Positions 1 to 9,295 of a stretch of 64,000 nt of DNA are shown one piece after another. Under the pieces are notes generated by a model. It had not been told where the DNA came from. It was given only the letters and a program-made list of their open reading frames with translations, and made no database searches. The DNA lies in the NCBI GenBank assembly GCA_963792975.1, contig CAWBYG010000004.1, forward strand, positions 1,914,379-1,978,378, in the 5' to 3' direction. Position 1 is the first letter of the stretch. The number at the start of each line of letters is the position of its first letter. The DNA is from an uncultured Actinomycetota bacterium. Its GTDB lineage: Bacteria > Actinomycetota > Actinomycetes > Propionibacteriales > Nocardioidaceae. A program made the translations under genes and the position numbers.

Positions 1-1084
1 CGAGGTGGGTGGCCGCCGCGTCGACGCCGAGACCGCGGGCGAGCACTGTCGCCCCGGTACGCCGGTACCAGCGCGGCGTAATCCCGGAGTTCTCGAGGCC
101 AGCGATCATGAGGAACTCCCGGAAGGTCCGGCGCACGTTGTGCTGGCTGAGCACTCCCCCGGTCTTGTTGGCGAAGATCGTGTGCTCCGACTGCTGCGGT
201 GGCATCGCGGCCAAACGGTGCCGAAGGACGTCGGCAGCGAACTCCGGCACCGGGACCGCGCGCACCGAGGCGCCGGTCTTGGGGTGATCCTGGCGGAAGC
301 TCCCCCGCCCTTGTCGGTAGACCGCGGTGCCACGCACGTGGGCGACCATGCCCCGCTTGCCGTCCTCGATGTCGCATGGCCGCAGGGCAAGAGCTTCGCC
401 GGGGCGCATGGACGTGCCGGCGAGGACCTCGATCAGGTCACGCACGTTGTCGTCCGGCTTCGGCCCCATGCGGTCGGGACCGGTGCGCCAGGCAGCGGCC
501 GCCGTGCGGATCGCCGCGATCTGCTCGAGGGTGAGCGCCTGGGGAGCGCCCTTGGGCTTCCGTAGCGGCGAGGTTCCCTCGACGGGGTTGCGGGCAAGGG
601 CGTCGTGGCGTAGCGCGTAACCGAACAGCTGGTTCAGCAAGGTGCGCGAGTGCTTGGCGCGCGAGTATGAGACAGCCGCCTGTGCCTTGAGGAAGGTTTC
701 GACCCGCCCTGTGGTGATCTCGCCCAGCGTGTAGTTCTCGAAGTACGGCCTCACGTGCACGCGTAGGTCGTCACGATAGTTCTCCTTGGTGCCATCGGAG
801 ATCTCGCGCAGCTCTAGGTCCGCCAGCCACAGCTCAGCCAGGTCCGTGAAGTGGCTGGACAGGTTCAAAAGCCCGCCACTGCCGTAGCCGGGCCGGTGCA
901 GAAGCCGTTCCCTGAGCAGCGACGTGGCGGCGCTGCGCGAGGCGCCGGTGGCCTTGACCTGCCGCAGCCTACCGTCGAGGTCTCGGAAGCGAGTCTCGGC
1001 GATGTACCGGCGGCCGACGCCCTTGCGGCGTACGTTGATCGAGCCGTAGGTGCCGATCGCGGTCCGGGGCCTTCCCGTAGTCAT
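1..1084 (-). CDS. Tyrosine recombinase/integrase, C-terminus runs off the window
   Basis: Manual translation from ATG 1084 (ATGA overlap with xis stop): MTTGRPRTAIGTYG...LAGTSMRPGEALAL (catalytic R)...HPKT (K)...ITPRWYRRTGAT...AATHL. Open to position 1. Confidence 0.9.
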   Translation of the reverse strand, partial: MTTGRPRTAIGTYGSINVRRKGVGRRYIAETRFRDLDGRLRQVKATGASRSAATSLLRERLLHRPGYGSGGLLNLSSHFTDLAELWLADLELREISDGTKENYRDDLRVHVRPYFENYTLGEITTGRVETFLKAQAAVSYSRAKHSRTLLNQLFGYALRHDALARNPVEGTSPLRKPKGAPQALTLEQIAAIRTAAAAWRTGPDRMGPKPDDNVRDLIEVLAGTSMRPGEALALRPCDIEDGKRGMVAHVRGTAVYRQGRGSFRQDHPKTGASVRAVPVPEFAADVLRHRLAAMPPQQSEHTIFANKTGGVLSQHNVRRTFREFLMIAGLENSGITPRWYRRTGATVLARGLGVDAAATHL

Positions 1085-1338
1085 CGTCGGTCACCGGAGC
1101 GGTGTCGTTCAGCGTCTTCGGCTTCCAGCCGCGCGAACCAGGCCTCGACCTCGCTGGCGCGGAACCTGAGCTCCCGGCCGATGCGGAAACCCCTCGGCCC
1201 GCGGCCCTGGCTGCGCAGGTCGTAGATGGTCTGGCAGCTGACCTGCAGCCGCCCGGCGAGTTCCTTGAGCGACCAGGCCTGCTCGAAGGCTCCGTGGACG
1301 ACGGTCGCGTTGCTCGCTGCGGTGTTGGTTGGCTCCAT
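1081..1338 (-). CDS. Excisionase/AlpA-like HTH DNA-binding protein
   Basis: WSLKELAGRLQVSCQTIYDLRSQGRGPRGFRIGRELRFRASEVEAW is a typical Xis/HTH_17 pattern; coupled to the integrase. Confidence 0.85.
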   Translation of the reverse strand: MEPTNTAASNATVVHGAFEQAWSLKELAGRLQVSCQTIYDLRSQGRGPRGFRIGRELRFRASEVEAWFARLEAEDAERHRSGDRR

Positions 1339-1498
1339 GGGAGCAAGGTGCGCGAGGCACGCCGAGCGCGACCCAGACCGTCCGAGACAAGGCCGCAACA
1401 GGTCGATCTGGGACGCGTAAGTGTTGCCTTTATGTGACCAGGCCATGCTCTTTCCCCTCTGTGAGGGTTCAGAACATGGCGCTGACCTGCGTGTTCGG

Positions 1499-1571
1499 TG
1501 GAGCTGAGGGGACTCGAACCCCTGACCCTCTGCATGCCATGCAGATGCGCTACCAGCTGCGCCACAGCCCC
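1499..1571 (-). tRNA. tRNA-Ala(GGC)
   Basis: GGGGCTGTGGCGCAGCTGGTAGCGCATCTGCATGGCATGCAGAGGGTCAGGGGTTCGAGTCCCCTCAGCTCCA; cloverleaf, anticodon GGC, G3:U70 pair, no encoded CCA. Confidence 0.97.
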
Positions 1572-1610
1572 ATGCTCACTCCCGGCGTCAGCCGGGCAAC
1601 CTGCGGAATC

Positions 1611-2315
1611 CTAGCCAACCGGCCCGTCGGTTGCGAAATCGGGTCCGTGGCGGGCACCGACGGCCTTCTCGTTGTACGACGTGAGCCGCAGGCCGCCGCG
1701 GACGGCGTGCTCGGACAGCACGGAGTAGCCGCAGTTCTCCGGTCCCTGCAGCGACCGCGACAGCTCCCACGGCCAGTCCAGCAGCCCCATCACGGCGACC
1801 TTGAGGCACGCGCCGTGGAGCACCGCGATGCCGGTCTCCCCCGCCTCGAGCGAGGCCAGACAATCAAGGAGCGCGGGTACGACGCGGTCGCGCACCTGCT
1901 GCGTCGTCTCCTCGCCGACCACCAGGTGGGTCTGGTCCTCGGCCAGCCACGCGGCGTACTCCTCGGGGAACGTGGCGGCGAACTCCGCGCGAGTCAGCCC
2001 CGACCGCTTGCCCACGTCGTACTCCCGCAGTCGTGCGTCGGGCTCGACGGTCAGCCCGGTCGCGGCGGCGACGTACGTCGCCGTCTGCATGGCGCGGGCC
2101 AGGTCGCTGGACCACAGCCGGGTGGGGCCGAAGCCGGCCAGCACCGGCGCGACCGTCGCCGCCTGGATCCGCCCGACGGCGTTGAGAGGGACGTCGGCGT
2201 GGCCCTGGGCGCGCTCCTCGGCGTTCCAGTCGGTCTCACCATGCCGGACCAGGACCAGGCTGCGGGGCGGTCCCTGAGGAGCGCGCGCAGCGCGCGTCTC
2301 GAAGGGGTCAGGCAC
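1611..2315 (-). CDS. Histidine phosphatase (phosphoglycerate mutase family)
   Basis: LVRHGETDWN motif, SSDLARA, LRE, VLHG; usual position after rsfS. Confidence 0.9.
   Translation of the reverse strand: MPDPFETRAARAPQGPPRSLVLVRHGETDWNAEERAQGHADVPLNAVGRIQAATVAPVLAGFGPTRLWSSDLARAMQTATYVAAATGLTVEPDARLREYDVGKRSGLTRAEFAATFPEEYAAWLAEDQTHLVVGEETTQQVRDRVVPALLDCLASLEAGETGIAVLHGACLKVAVMGLLDWPWELSRSLQGPENCGYSVLSEHAVRGGLRLTSYNEKAVGARHGPDFATDGPVG
2272..2306 (-). repeat. REP-like palindrome, family B, inside the phosphatase N-terminus
   Basis: Minus strand CCCTTCGAGACGCGCGCTGCGCGCGCTCCTCAGGG, encoding PFETRAARAPQG; related copy at 37578-37612. Confidence 0.7.
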
Positions 2316-2691
2316 CCGCGGACCCGGCCGTGACCTCGGCCGGCAGCTCGATGAGCGGGCAGTCGCGCCAGAGCCGCTCGAGGGCGTAGAACTGCCGCTC
2401 CTCCTCGTGCTGCACGTGGACGACGACGTCGCCGTAGTCGATCAGCACCCACCGGCCGTCGCGCTCGCCCTCGCGCCGGATCGGCTTCTCGCCGGCCTCA
2501 CGGAGCTTGTCCTCGATCTCGTCGACGATCGCCTTCACCTGCCGGTCGTTCGTCGCCGAGGCGAGCAGGAACGCATCGGTGATCGCGAGCTGGTCGCTGA
2601 CGTCGAACGCCATGATGTGCTGCGCCAGCTTGTCGGAGGCCGCGCGGGCGGCGATGTGGACGAGGCTGACGGCGTGGTCGGTGGCGGTCAT
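2308..2691 (-). CDS. rsfS: Ribosome silencing factor
   Basis: MTATDHA...AASDKLA...[10 protein letters not shown]...[28 protein letters not shown]. Confidence 0.95.
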   Translation of the reverse strand: MTATDHAVSLVHIAARAASDKLAQHIMAFDVSDQLAITDAFLLASATNDRQVKAIVDEIEDKLREAGEKPIRREGERDGRWVLIDYGDVVVHVQHEEERQFYALERLWRDCPLIELPAEVTAGSAGA

Positions 2692-3338
2692 ACGGCACTT
2701 TCGTTGCTGGGGACTGTCCGCGGCGCGGTGGCCGCGTCTCGTGGGTACAGGTGGTGCTTGGCGATGTACTGGACGACACCGTCGGGCACGAGGTACCACA
2801 CGGGCTCGCCGCGCATCGTACGACGCCGGCAGTCCGTGGAGCTGATCGCCAGCGCCGGCACCTCGACCATCGTGACCCGGTCGTGCGGGATCTTCGCGAG
2901 GGTGTCGGCGTCCATCACGAAGCCGGGCCGGGTGCACCCGACGAACTTCGCCATCGAGAAGAGCTCGTCGGCGTCCCGCCAGGTGAAGATGTCGGCCAGG
3001 GCGTCGGCACCGGTGATGAAGTAGAGGTCGGCGTCCGGTCGCTGGTGGTGCAGGTCACGCAGCGTGTCGCTGGTGTACGTCGGCCCGCCGCGGTCGATGT
3101 CGACCCGCGAGACCCAGAAGCGCGGGTTGGACGCGGTCGCGATCACGGTCATCAGGTAACGGTCCTCGGCGGCGGTGACCTTGCGCTGGGACTTCTGCCA
3201 GGGCTCGCCGGTGGGGACGAACACCACCTCGTCGAGCTCGAACCAAGCCTGCACCTCGGAGGCCGCGACGAGGTGGCCATGGTGGATCGGGTCGAACGTG
3301 CCGCCCATCACCCCGACGCGTCGGGCGCGAGCGCTCAC
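2688..3338 (-). CDS. nadD: Nicotinate-nucleotide adenylyltransferase
   Basis: [22 protein letters not shown] and ISST motifs; GTG start at 3338. Confidence 0.96.
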   Translation of the reverse strand: MSARARRVGVMGGTFDPIHHGHLVAASEVQAWFELDEVVFVPTGEPWQKSQRKVTAAEDRYLMTVIATASNPRFWVSRVDIDRGGPTYTSDTLRDLHHQRPDADLYFITGADALADIFTWRDADELFSMAKFVGCTRPGFVMDADTLAKIPHDRVTMVEVPALAISSTDCRRRTMRGEPVWYLVPDGVVQYIAKHHLYPRDAATAPRTVPSNESAV

Positions 3339-3352
3339 CTCAGGGCCCGCGC

Positions 3353-3466
3353 TCAGCTGTGCTCGCGCCCGGCGCCGAAGACCAGCAGGGCCAGCAGCAG
3401 CAGAAGCAGGATGCCGAGGGCGGAGCCACCGACGATCCAGTGGTTGATGATGAGCGGGCTGACCAT
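3353..3466 (-). CDS. 37-aa single-pass membrane protein (not in ORF track)
   Basis: [37 protein letters not shown]; GC3-biased codons; TAGGGT -10 box 6 nt upstream. Confidence 0.7.
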   Translation of the reverse strand: MVSPLIINHWIVGGSALGILLLLLLALLVFGAGREHS

Positions 3467-3490
3467 GGTTGAACCCTAGCCGACACCCCG

Positions 3491-4742
3491 TCAACGCACG
3501 TGGCCGTCACCGGTCACGACGTACTTGGTCGAGGTCATCTCCGGCAGCCCCATCGGGCCGCGGGCGTGGAGCTTCTGGGTACTGATACCGATCTCGGCAC
3601 CGAAGCCGAACTCGCCGCCGTCGGTGAACCGCGTCGACGCGTTCACCAGCACCACCGCGGCGTCGACCTCGGCCACGAACCGGCGCGCGGCTGCCTGGTC
3701 GCCGGTGACGATCGCCTCGCTGTGGCCGGTCGAGTAGCGGCGGATGTGGTCGAGCGCGGCGTCGAGATCGGGTACGACGGCGGCCGAGATGTCGAGGCTC
3801 AGGTACTCCCGCGCGTAGTCGTCGTCGGTGACCGGCACCACCCCGTCGTATCGGTCGAAGGCGGCGTCGCCGTGGATGGTGACGCCGGCCCCTCGGAGGG
3901 CCGGCACGACGTGCGGCAGGAAGACGTCCGCGATGTCTGCGTGCACGAGCAGCGACTCGGCGGCGTTGCACACGCTGGTGCGGTCGGTCTTGGCGTTGAG
4001 CACGATCGCGAGCGCCATGTCGAGGTCGGCCGCGGCGTCGACGTACACGTGGCAGTTGCCGACACCGGTCTCGATCACCGGCACCGTCGACTCCTCGACG
4101 ACCGACCGGATCAGGCCCGCACCGCCGCGGGGGACGAGTACGTCGATGAGCCCGCGGGCCCGCATCAGCGCCTTGACCGTCTCGCGCGACTGCGGCGGGC
4201 ACGAGCTGGACGACGTCGGCCGGCAGCCCGCTCGCCACGACCGCGTCACGCAGGACGGCCACGAGGGCGGCGTTGCTGTCACGGGCGCTGCCGCTGCCTC
4301 TGAGCAGTACGGCGTTGCCCGACTTCAGGCAGATCCCGGCCGCGTCGACCGTGACGTTGGGCCGACCCTCGTAGATCATCCCGACCACCCCGAACGGGAC
4401 CCGCACCTGGCGCAGCTCGAGGCCGTTGGACAGCGTGCTGCCGCGGACGACCTCCCCGACGGGATCCGGCAGTCGGGCGAGGTCACGCAGCCCGTCCGCC
4501 ATCGCGGTCACGCGCTCGGAGGTCAGGCGCAGTCGGTCGACCAGGTGGGCCCCCGTGCCGGCGACCTCCGCACGTCGTACGTCGTCCGCGTTGGCGGCGA
4601 GCACGTCGGCAACCCGCTCCTCCAGCGCGTCCGCCATCGCCTGCAGTGCGGCGTCCTTGGTGGCGCGGGTGGCGAGCGCCAGGTCGCGGCTCGCCTCCCG
4701 GGCGCGACGCGCCAGCTGCTCGACGTCCGGCTGGGTGCTCAT
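3491..4742 (-). pseudogene. proA: Gamma-glutamyl phosphate reductase with a 1-nt frameshift near 4192 (real or sequencing error)
   Basis: N half (MSTQPDVE...[17 protein letters not shown]...[11 protein letters not shown]) and C half (PRGGAGLI...SVCNAAE...[16 protein letters not shown]) are in different frames; span 1252 nt = 3n+1. Confidence 0.85.
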
Positions 4743-4771
4743 GGGGAAATCGTAGGGCCTGGTGTCAGGCC

Positions 4772-4844
4772 ACTTCGCGGACAAGTCCGCGAAGTCTCGC
4801 GCCGATTGGATGTCCGGACTCCGTCCGGACATCCAGAGCGGCGC
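4772..4844. repeat. Twin perfect hairpins between etfA and proA
   Basis: ACTTCGCGGAC-AA-GTCCGCGAAGT (4772-4795) and TGGATGTCCGGAC-TCC-GTCCGGACATCCA (4807-4835). Confidence 0.7.
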
Positions 4845-4850
4845 TCGCAC

Positions 4851-5816
4851 TCAACCCTTGCGCTGGTTGACCTCTTCGGTCACCGCGGGGAGGACGGTGT
4901 GCAGGTCACCGACGACCCCGAAGTCGACGAGCTCGAAGATCGGGGCCTCCACGTCCTTGTTGACGGCGACGATGGTCTTCGAGGTCTGCATGCCCGCCCG
5001 GTGCTGGATGGCGCCGGAGATGCCGGCGGCGATGTAGAGCTGGGGCGAGACGGTCTTGCCGGTCTGGCCGATCTGGTAGCTGTGCGGCTTCCAGCCGGAG
5101 TCGACGGCCGCCCGCGAGGCGCCGACGGCGGCACCGAGCGCATCGGCGAGGTCTTCGATCGGCTCGAACTTGCCGCCGGTGCCGCGGCCGCCCGAGACCA
5201 CGATCGCGGCCTCGGTCAGCTCGGGACGGCCGGTCGCCTGGCGAGGCTGGGAGGCCACGATCGTCGCGCCCCTGGCCCCGTCGGAGACCGTGACGGCGAC
5301 CTCCTCGACCGCACCGGCGCCGTCGGCCTCGACCGGGGCGGCGGAGTTCGGCTTGACCGTGATGATCGGGGTGCCGTGGGTGATCTTGGCCTTCACCGTG
5401 TAGCTGCCGGCGAAGACGGACTGAGTCGTGACCGGGGCTGCGCCGTCGCCTGCCTCGACGTCGACGGCGTCGGTGATCAGCCCCGAGCCGAGCTTGATCG
5501 CCAGCCGCGCCGCGATCTCCTTGCCCTCGGCGGACGACGCGACCAGCACCGCGCCCGGCGACGTCCTCTCGGCCAGCTGCTGGAGCGCCTCGGCCTTGGG
5601 CGCGACCAGGAAGCCCTTGAGCGGCGCGTCGTCGATCGCATAGACCTTGGCGGCGCCGTACTTCTTGACGGCTTCCGCCACCTCGGCGTTGCGGTCCGCC
5701 GGGCCGATGAAGACCGCGGACGGCTCGCCGAGGCGGGCGGCCAGGGTGAGCATCTCGTACGTCGGCTTCTTGACCGCGCCCTCGGCGTGGTCGACGACTA
5801 CCAGGATCTCGGTCAT
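4851..5816 (-). CDS. etfA: Electron transfer flavoprotein alpha subunit
   Basis: [44 protein letters not shown]. Confidence 0.96.
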   Translation of the reverse strand: MTEILVVVDHAEGAVKKPTYEMLTLAARLGEPSAVFIGPADRNAEVAEAVKKYGAAKVYAIDDAPLKGFLVAPKAEALQQLAERTSPGAVLVASSAEGKEIAARLAIKLGSGLITDAVDVEAGDGAAPVTTQSVFAGSYTVKAKITHGTPIITVKPNSAAPVEADGAGAVEEVAVTVSDGARGATIVASQPRQATGRPELTEAAIVVSGGRGTGGKFEPIEDLADALGAAVGASRAAVDSGWKPHSYQIGQTGKTVSPQLYIAAGISGAIQHRAGMQTSKTIVAVNKDVEAPIFELVDFGVVGDLHTVLPAVTEEVNQRKG

Positions 5817-5827
5817 GTCGATGCTCC

Positions 5828-6619
5828 TCAGATGAACTTCTTGGCGGCGAGGAAGTCGGCCAGCGCCTTGGCGCCCGAGCCGTCCTCGTCCTTCACGATC
5901 TCGCCGGCCTCGCGCGGCGGCCGGGCGGTGGTCTCCTCGACCTCGCTCCAGGCGACGGACAGCCCCACGTCGCCGGCGTCGACGCCGAGGTCGGAGAGCG
6001 AGAAGGTCTCGAGCGGCTTCTTCTTGGCGGCCATGATCCCCTTGAACGACGGGTAGCGGGCCTCGCCGGACTGGTCGGTCACCGACAGCACGAGCGGCAT
6101 GGTCCCGCCCACGACCTCGGTCGCGGTGTCGCCGTCGCGCTGGATGCGCACCTGGTCGCCCTGCGTCTCGACCTTGGACGCCAGCGTGAGCTGGGGCAGG
6201 CCGAGGCGCTCGGCCAGCATCGCCGGGACGACGCTCATCGAGCCGTCGGTCGACGCCATGCCGCACATCACCAGGTCGTAGTCGCCCTTCTCGATCGCCT
6301 TCGCGAGGACCAGCGAGGTGGCGATCGCGTCGGAGCCCGCGATCGCGTCGTCGATGACGTGGACCCCTTGGTCCGCACCCATCTGCAGGGCCTTGCGTAC
6401 GGCGTCCACCGCCTGCTCCGGACCCACGCAGAGTGCGGTCACGACGACGTCCTCGGGGTTCTCGGCCTTCTCCTTGATCTGGAGCGCCTGCTCGACGGCG
6501 TACTCGTCGAGCTCGGAGAGCAGGCCGTCGACACCGACCCGGTCGACCGTCTTGTCGTCCTCGAAATGCCGGTCGCCGGTGGCGTCGGGTACGTGCTTCA
6601 CACAGACAGCGATGTTCAT
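5828..6619 (-). CDS. etfB: Electron transfer flavoprotein beta subunit
   Basis: [43 protein letters not shown]. Confidence 0.96.
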   Translation of the reverse strand: MNIAVCVKHVPDATGDRHFEDDKTVDRVGVDGLLSELDEYAVEQALQIKEKAENPEDVVVTALCVGPEQAVDAVRKALQMGADQGVHVIDDAIAGSDAIATSLVLAKAIEKGDYDLVMCGMASTDGSMSVVPAMLAERLGLPQLTLASKVETQGDQVRIQRDGDTATEVVGGTMPLVLSVTDQSGEARYPSFKGIMAAKKKPLETFSLSDLGVDAGDVGLSVAWSEVEETTARPPREAGEIVKDEDGSGAKALADFLAAKKFI

Positions 6620-6714
6620 GGCCGCGACGGCCCTCCTGTGTCCTCGGGTGTGCTGGCGAGGCTACAAGGCCCCGCGACGAGGGTGGAAATCGGTCTGCGG
6701 TGGCATCTCTCACA

Positions 6715-6727
6715 GTGACACTGTCAC
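6715..6727. promoter_or_regulatory. Palindrome upstream of etfBA, possible operator
   Basis: GTGACA-C-TGTCAC. Confidence 0.35.
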
Positions 6728-6763
6728 GGTCATCGTCGTTGTCGCGCCGGCCCCGGAGATGGG

Positions 6764-6796
6764 TGCGGCCCCGGTGAACGAGTCACCGGGGCCGCA
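6764..6796 (-). terminator. Hairpin downstream of the secreted-protein gene
   Basis: TGCGGCCCCGGTGA-ACGAG-TCACCGGGGCCGCA, 14-bp stem. Confidence 0.65.
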
Positions 6797-6818
6797 GGTC
6801 CTGCAGCTACGAGCGAGG

Positions 6819-7652
6819 TCACACCTTGAAGGTCGCCTTGTCGCTCGAGCCCTTGAGGTTGCTGTCCCCGGCGTACTTGTCGGTGATCGAGTACTTGCCC
6901 TTCGCGGTGATGTTCTTGAAGGAGACCTTGGCGACGCCCTTCTTGTTCACGGAGCCCTTGAGCGTCTTGATGACCTTCGTCCCCTTCTTCAGGGTGAACT
7001 TCACCTTGCCCGTGGGCTTGAGGCCGAAGTGCGACTTGACCTTCGCCGTGCCGGTCGCGGCGTGCTTCTTCGAGGAGTACGACGCGGAAGCGGCCGTTGT
7101 TGTCTTGTCCTTGCTGACCGTGATCTTGCCGAAGTGAGTCGTGTTGTCGGTCGGCGCGACACAGTTCAGCGGGACGGTGGTGTCGGTTGCGCCGTGCAGC
7201 GTCAGGGTGGCGACCATGTCGCCGGCCTTGACGAGCCACTTGCCGGCCTTCAAAGGTCGGATCGTCCCCTTGCCGGCGGCGTTGACGTCCATCGTGCCGC
7301 TGGACGGGATCGTCTGGGTCGGGATCTTCATGTTGAACGGGAATGTCTTCTTCTTCCCGTCCGCGACCGCGGTCCCGTCGACGCTGTCACCGAAGCCCTT
7401 GGCGGTGGCGGTCTGAAGGGCGTCGAGGTGTACGACCATGGTCATCTTGCGCTTGCTGGTCTCGCCGGCGACCATCTTCGCCGGGATGGAGCCGGGGTTG
7501 AGCGTCGCGCTCGTGGCGCCAAGCACGTCGCACGTGTATGTGAGGTCCTGCGGCGCCGCGATTGCGGGCGCGGCGGCCACACTGAGCGCCAGTGCGGCGG
7601 CGGCGCCGGTAGCGCCTACGAGCTTGAGGTTCTTATGACTACGAAGTGACAT
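6819..7652 (-). CDS. Secreted Lys-rich protein with probable C-terminal Ig-like domain
   Basis: Signal peptide (AAAPAIA-A), Cys pair, C-terminal PTGKVKF...G.Y.IT..Y.GD.N...S pattern. Confidence 0.75.
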   Translation of the reverse strand: MSLRSHKNLKLVGATGAAAALALSVAAAPAIAAPQDLTYTCDVLGATSATLNPGSIPAKMVAGETSKRKMTMVVHLDALQTATAKGFGDSVDGTAVADGKKKTFPFNMKIPTQTIPSSGTMDVNAAGKGTIRPLKAGKWLVKAGDMVATLTLHGATDTTVPLNCVAPTDNTTHFGKITVSKDKTTTAASASYSSKKHAATGTAKVKSHFGLKPTGKVKFTLKKGTKVIKTLKGSVNKKGVAKVSFKNITAKGKYSITDKYAGDSNLKGSSDKATFKV

Positions 7653-7816
7653 GTGCGGAAGCCCTCCCAGGGGTTCGATCGCGACCGGAGCGCCTCGCTG
7701 GCGCCGCGTCTATCGCACCCCATCACACCACTTCCGCATTTACCAGGGCGGACAGACCCTTGCGCGCGAGATCTCCAGGGTTTCTCAGAAACCCACGCGC
7801 GTCACGGCAGGAGGGC

Positions 7817-8206
7817 TCAGGGACGTACGACGCGCTCCACGATGCGCCCGCCGACCAGCCACACGACCGCGGCCAGACCCCAGTTCACCAACGCGTTCTT
7901 GGTCAACGCTGCCTGGCTGTGCCCCTTGAAGTGGGCGACGCCGTTCTTGCCGCGGGAGAACACCCCGAGGTCGAGCTTGTCGGCCGTCTGCTCGAGGAAC
8001 TTCACCAGCGAGTTGTCGCCGTTCGCCTTGAGCGACACGCACAGCGCACCGGCGGCCAGGAACAGCGCGGCGACCACGCAGACCAGCCAGATGACCTGCG
8101 CGGCCCGGGCCCGGACCGTGGTGATGGTGGCACCCAACTTAGCCGTCCTCGGCTTCTTGCGGTCGGTCGTCTCGACGTCCGTCCTGTCGTCGGTCTGGTC
8201 TGCCAT
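7817..8206 (-). CDS. Hypothetical membrane protein
   Basis: Two hydrophobic segments; LVNWGLAAVVWLVGGRI C-terminus; start may be 8215. Confidence 0.75.
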   Translation of the reverse strand: MADQTDDRTDVETTDRKKPRTAKLGATITTVRARAAQVIWLVCVVAALFLAAGALCVSLKANGDNSLVKFLEQTADKLDLGVFSRGKNGVAHFKGHSQAALTKNALVNWGLAAVVWLVGGRIVERVVRP

Positions 8207-8306
8207 GATCGCCACCCTTCGCGGTTGTACGGCCCGTCCAGGCCGACGATCCCTGCAGGCAAGGATCCCATACGGAGTGGGCGCCCCGCAGAAGGTTGAG
8301 GCGACC

Positions 8307-9086
8307 TCAGCGGCCGGTGAACTCCGCCTTCCCCGGCCCGTTCTCGACGAACGAGCTCATCCCGATCCGCCGGTCGTCGGTGGCGAAGAGGGCCGCGAAC
8401 TGCTGCCGCTCGATCGCCAGCCCGGTGTCGAGGTCGGTCTCGAGACCGAGGTCGATCGCCTCCTTCGCGGCGCGGAGCGCCTGCGTCGCCGCGTGGGTGA
8501 ACTGACCCGCCCACGCCACGGCTTCGTCGTACACACGATCGGCGGGTACGACGCGGTCGACCAGGCCGATCGCCAGCGCCTCCTCGGCCCTGACGAACCG
8601 GCCGGTGAAGATCAGCTCCTTCGCACGGCTGGGTCCGACGAGACGGGTGAGCCGCTGCGTGCCGCCGGCGCCCGGGATGATGCCGAGCTGGATCTCGGGC
8701 TGGCCGAGTACGGCGTCCTCCGCCGCGAACCGCACGTCCGCGCACAGGGCGAGCTCGCAGCCTCCGCCGAGGGCGTAGCCCGTGATCGCCGCGACCACCG
8801 GCTTCGGGATGCGGGCCACGCTGGTGAGCGACGCCTGGAGCGGGCCGCTGCGCTGCACCATGTCGACGTACGACATGTCGGCCATCTCCTTGATGTCGGC
8901 ACCGGCGGCGAAGACGCGCTCGCCGCCGTAGACGACGACGGCCTTGACGTCGTCGCGCTCCCCGGCCTCGATGGCTGCGCCGCGGATCTCCTCCTGCACC
9001 TGGGTGTTGAGGGCGTTCATCTTCGGCCGGTCGAGCCGGATCGTGCCGACGCCGTCGCTGACCTCCAGCCGCACGAACTCTGACAT
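8307..9086 (-). CDS. Enoyl-CoA hydratase/isomerase family protein
   Basis: FAAGADIKEM, GYALGGGCELA, GQPEIQLGIIPGAGGTQRL. Confidence 0.93.
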   Translation of the reverse strand: MSEFVRLEVSDGVGTIRLDRPKMNALNTQVQEEIRGAAIEAGERDDVKAVVVYGGERVFAAGADIKEMADMSYVDMVQRSGPLQASLTSVARIPKPVVAAITGYALGGGCELALCADVRFAAEDAVLGQPEIQLGIIPGAGGTQRLTRLVGPSRAKELIFTGRFVRAEEALAIGLVDRVVPADRVYDEAVAWAGQFTHAATQALRAAKEAIDLGLETDLDTGLAIERQQFAALFATDDRRIGMSSFVENGPGKAEFTGR

Positions 9087-9110
9087 GGGGTTCCTTCCCT
9101 GTGGGTCGAT

Positions 9111-9267
9111 GGTCTCGACGGGCTCGACCGCCGGGTGCTGTGGTCTCGACGGGCTCGACCGCCGGGTGCTGTGGTCTCGACGGGCTCGACCGCCGGGTGG
9201 GGCTCGACCGCCGGGTGGGGCTCGACCGCCGGGTGGGGCTCGACCGCCGGGTCGGGCTCGACCGCCG
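9111..9267 (+). repeat. Intergenic tandem array of REP family A
   Basis: Full element GGTCTCGACGGGCTCGACC at 9111, 9142 and 9173 (31-bp period), then 18-bp units GGGCTCGACCGCCGGGTG to 9267. Confidence 0.92.
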
Positions 9268-9295
9268 AGAGGCATTCTGCCTAGCGTCGGCCACA

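Larger units (their letters stand above)
1..1499. mobile_element. End of an integrative element/island abutting the tRNA-Ala 3' end
   Basis: xis-int pair lies directly downstream of the tRNA; the other boundary is outside the window. Confidence 0.65.

Noticed and set aside
969-1565. 198-aa ORF across the tRNA
   Set aside because: It overlaps the tRNA, xis and int and has no protein features.
4185-4200. Programmed frameshift in proA
   Set aside because: No slippery sequence; an error or point mutation is simpler.
9111-9267. CRISPR array (also considered for 17918-18041 and 42335-42605)
   Set aside because: The intervening sequences are identical and 8-12 bp rather than unique spacers, and there are no cas genes.
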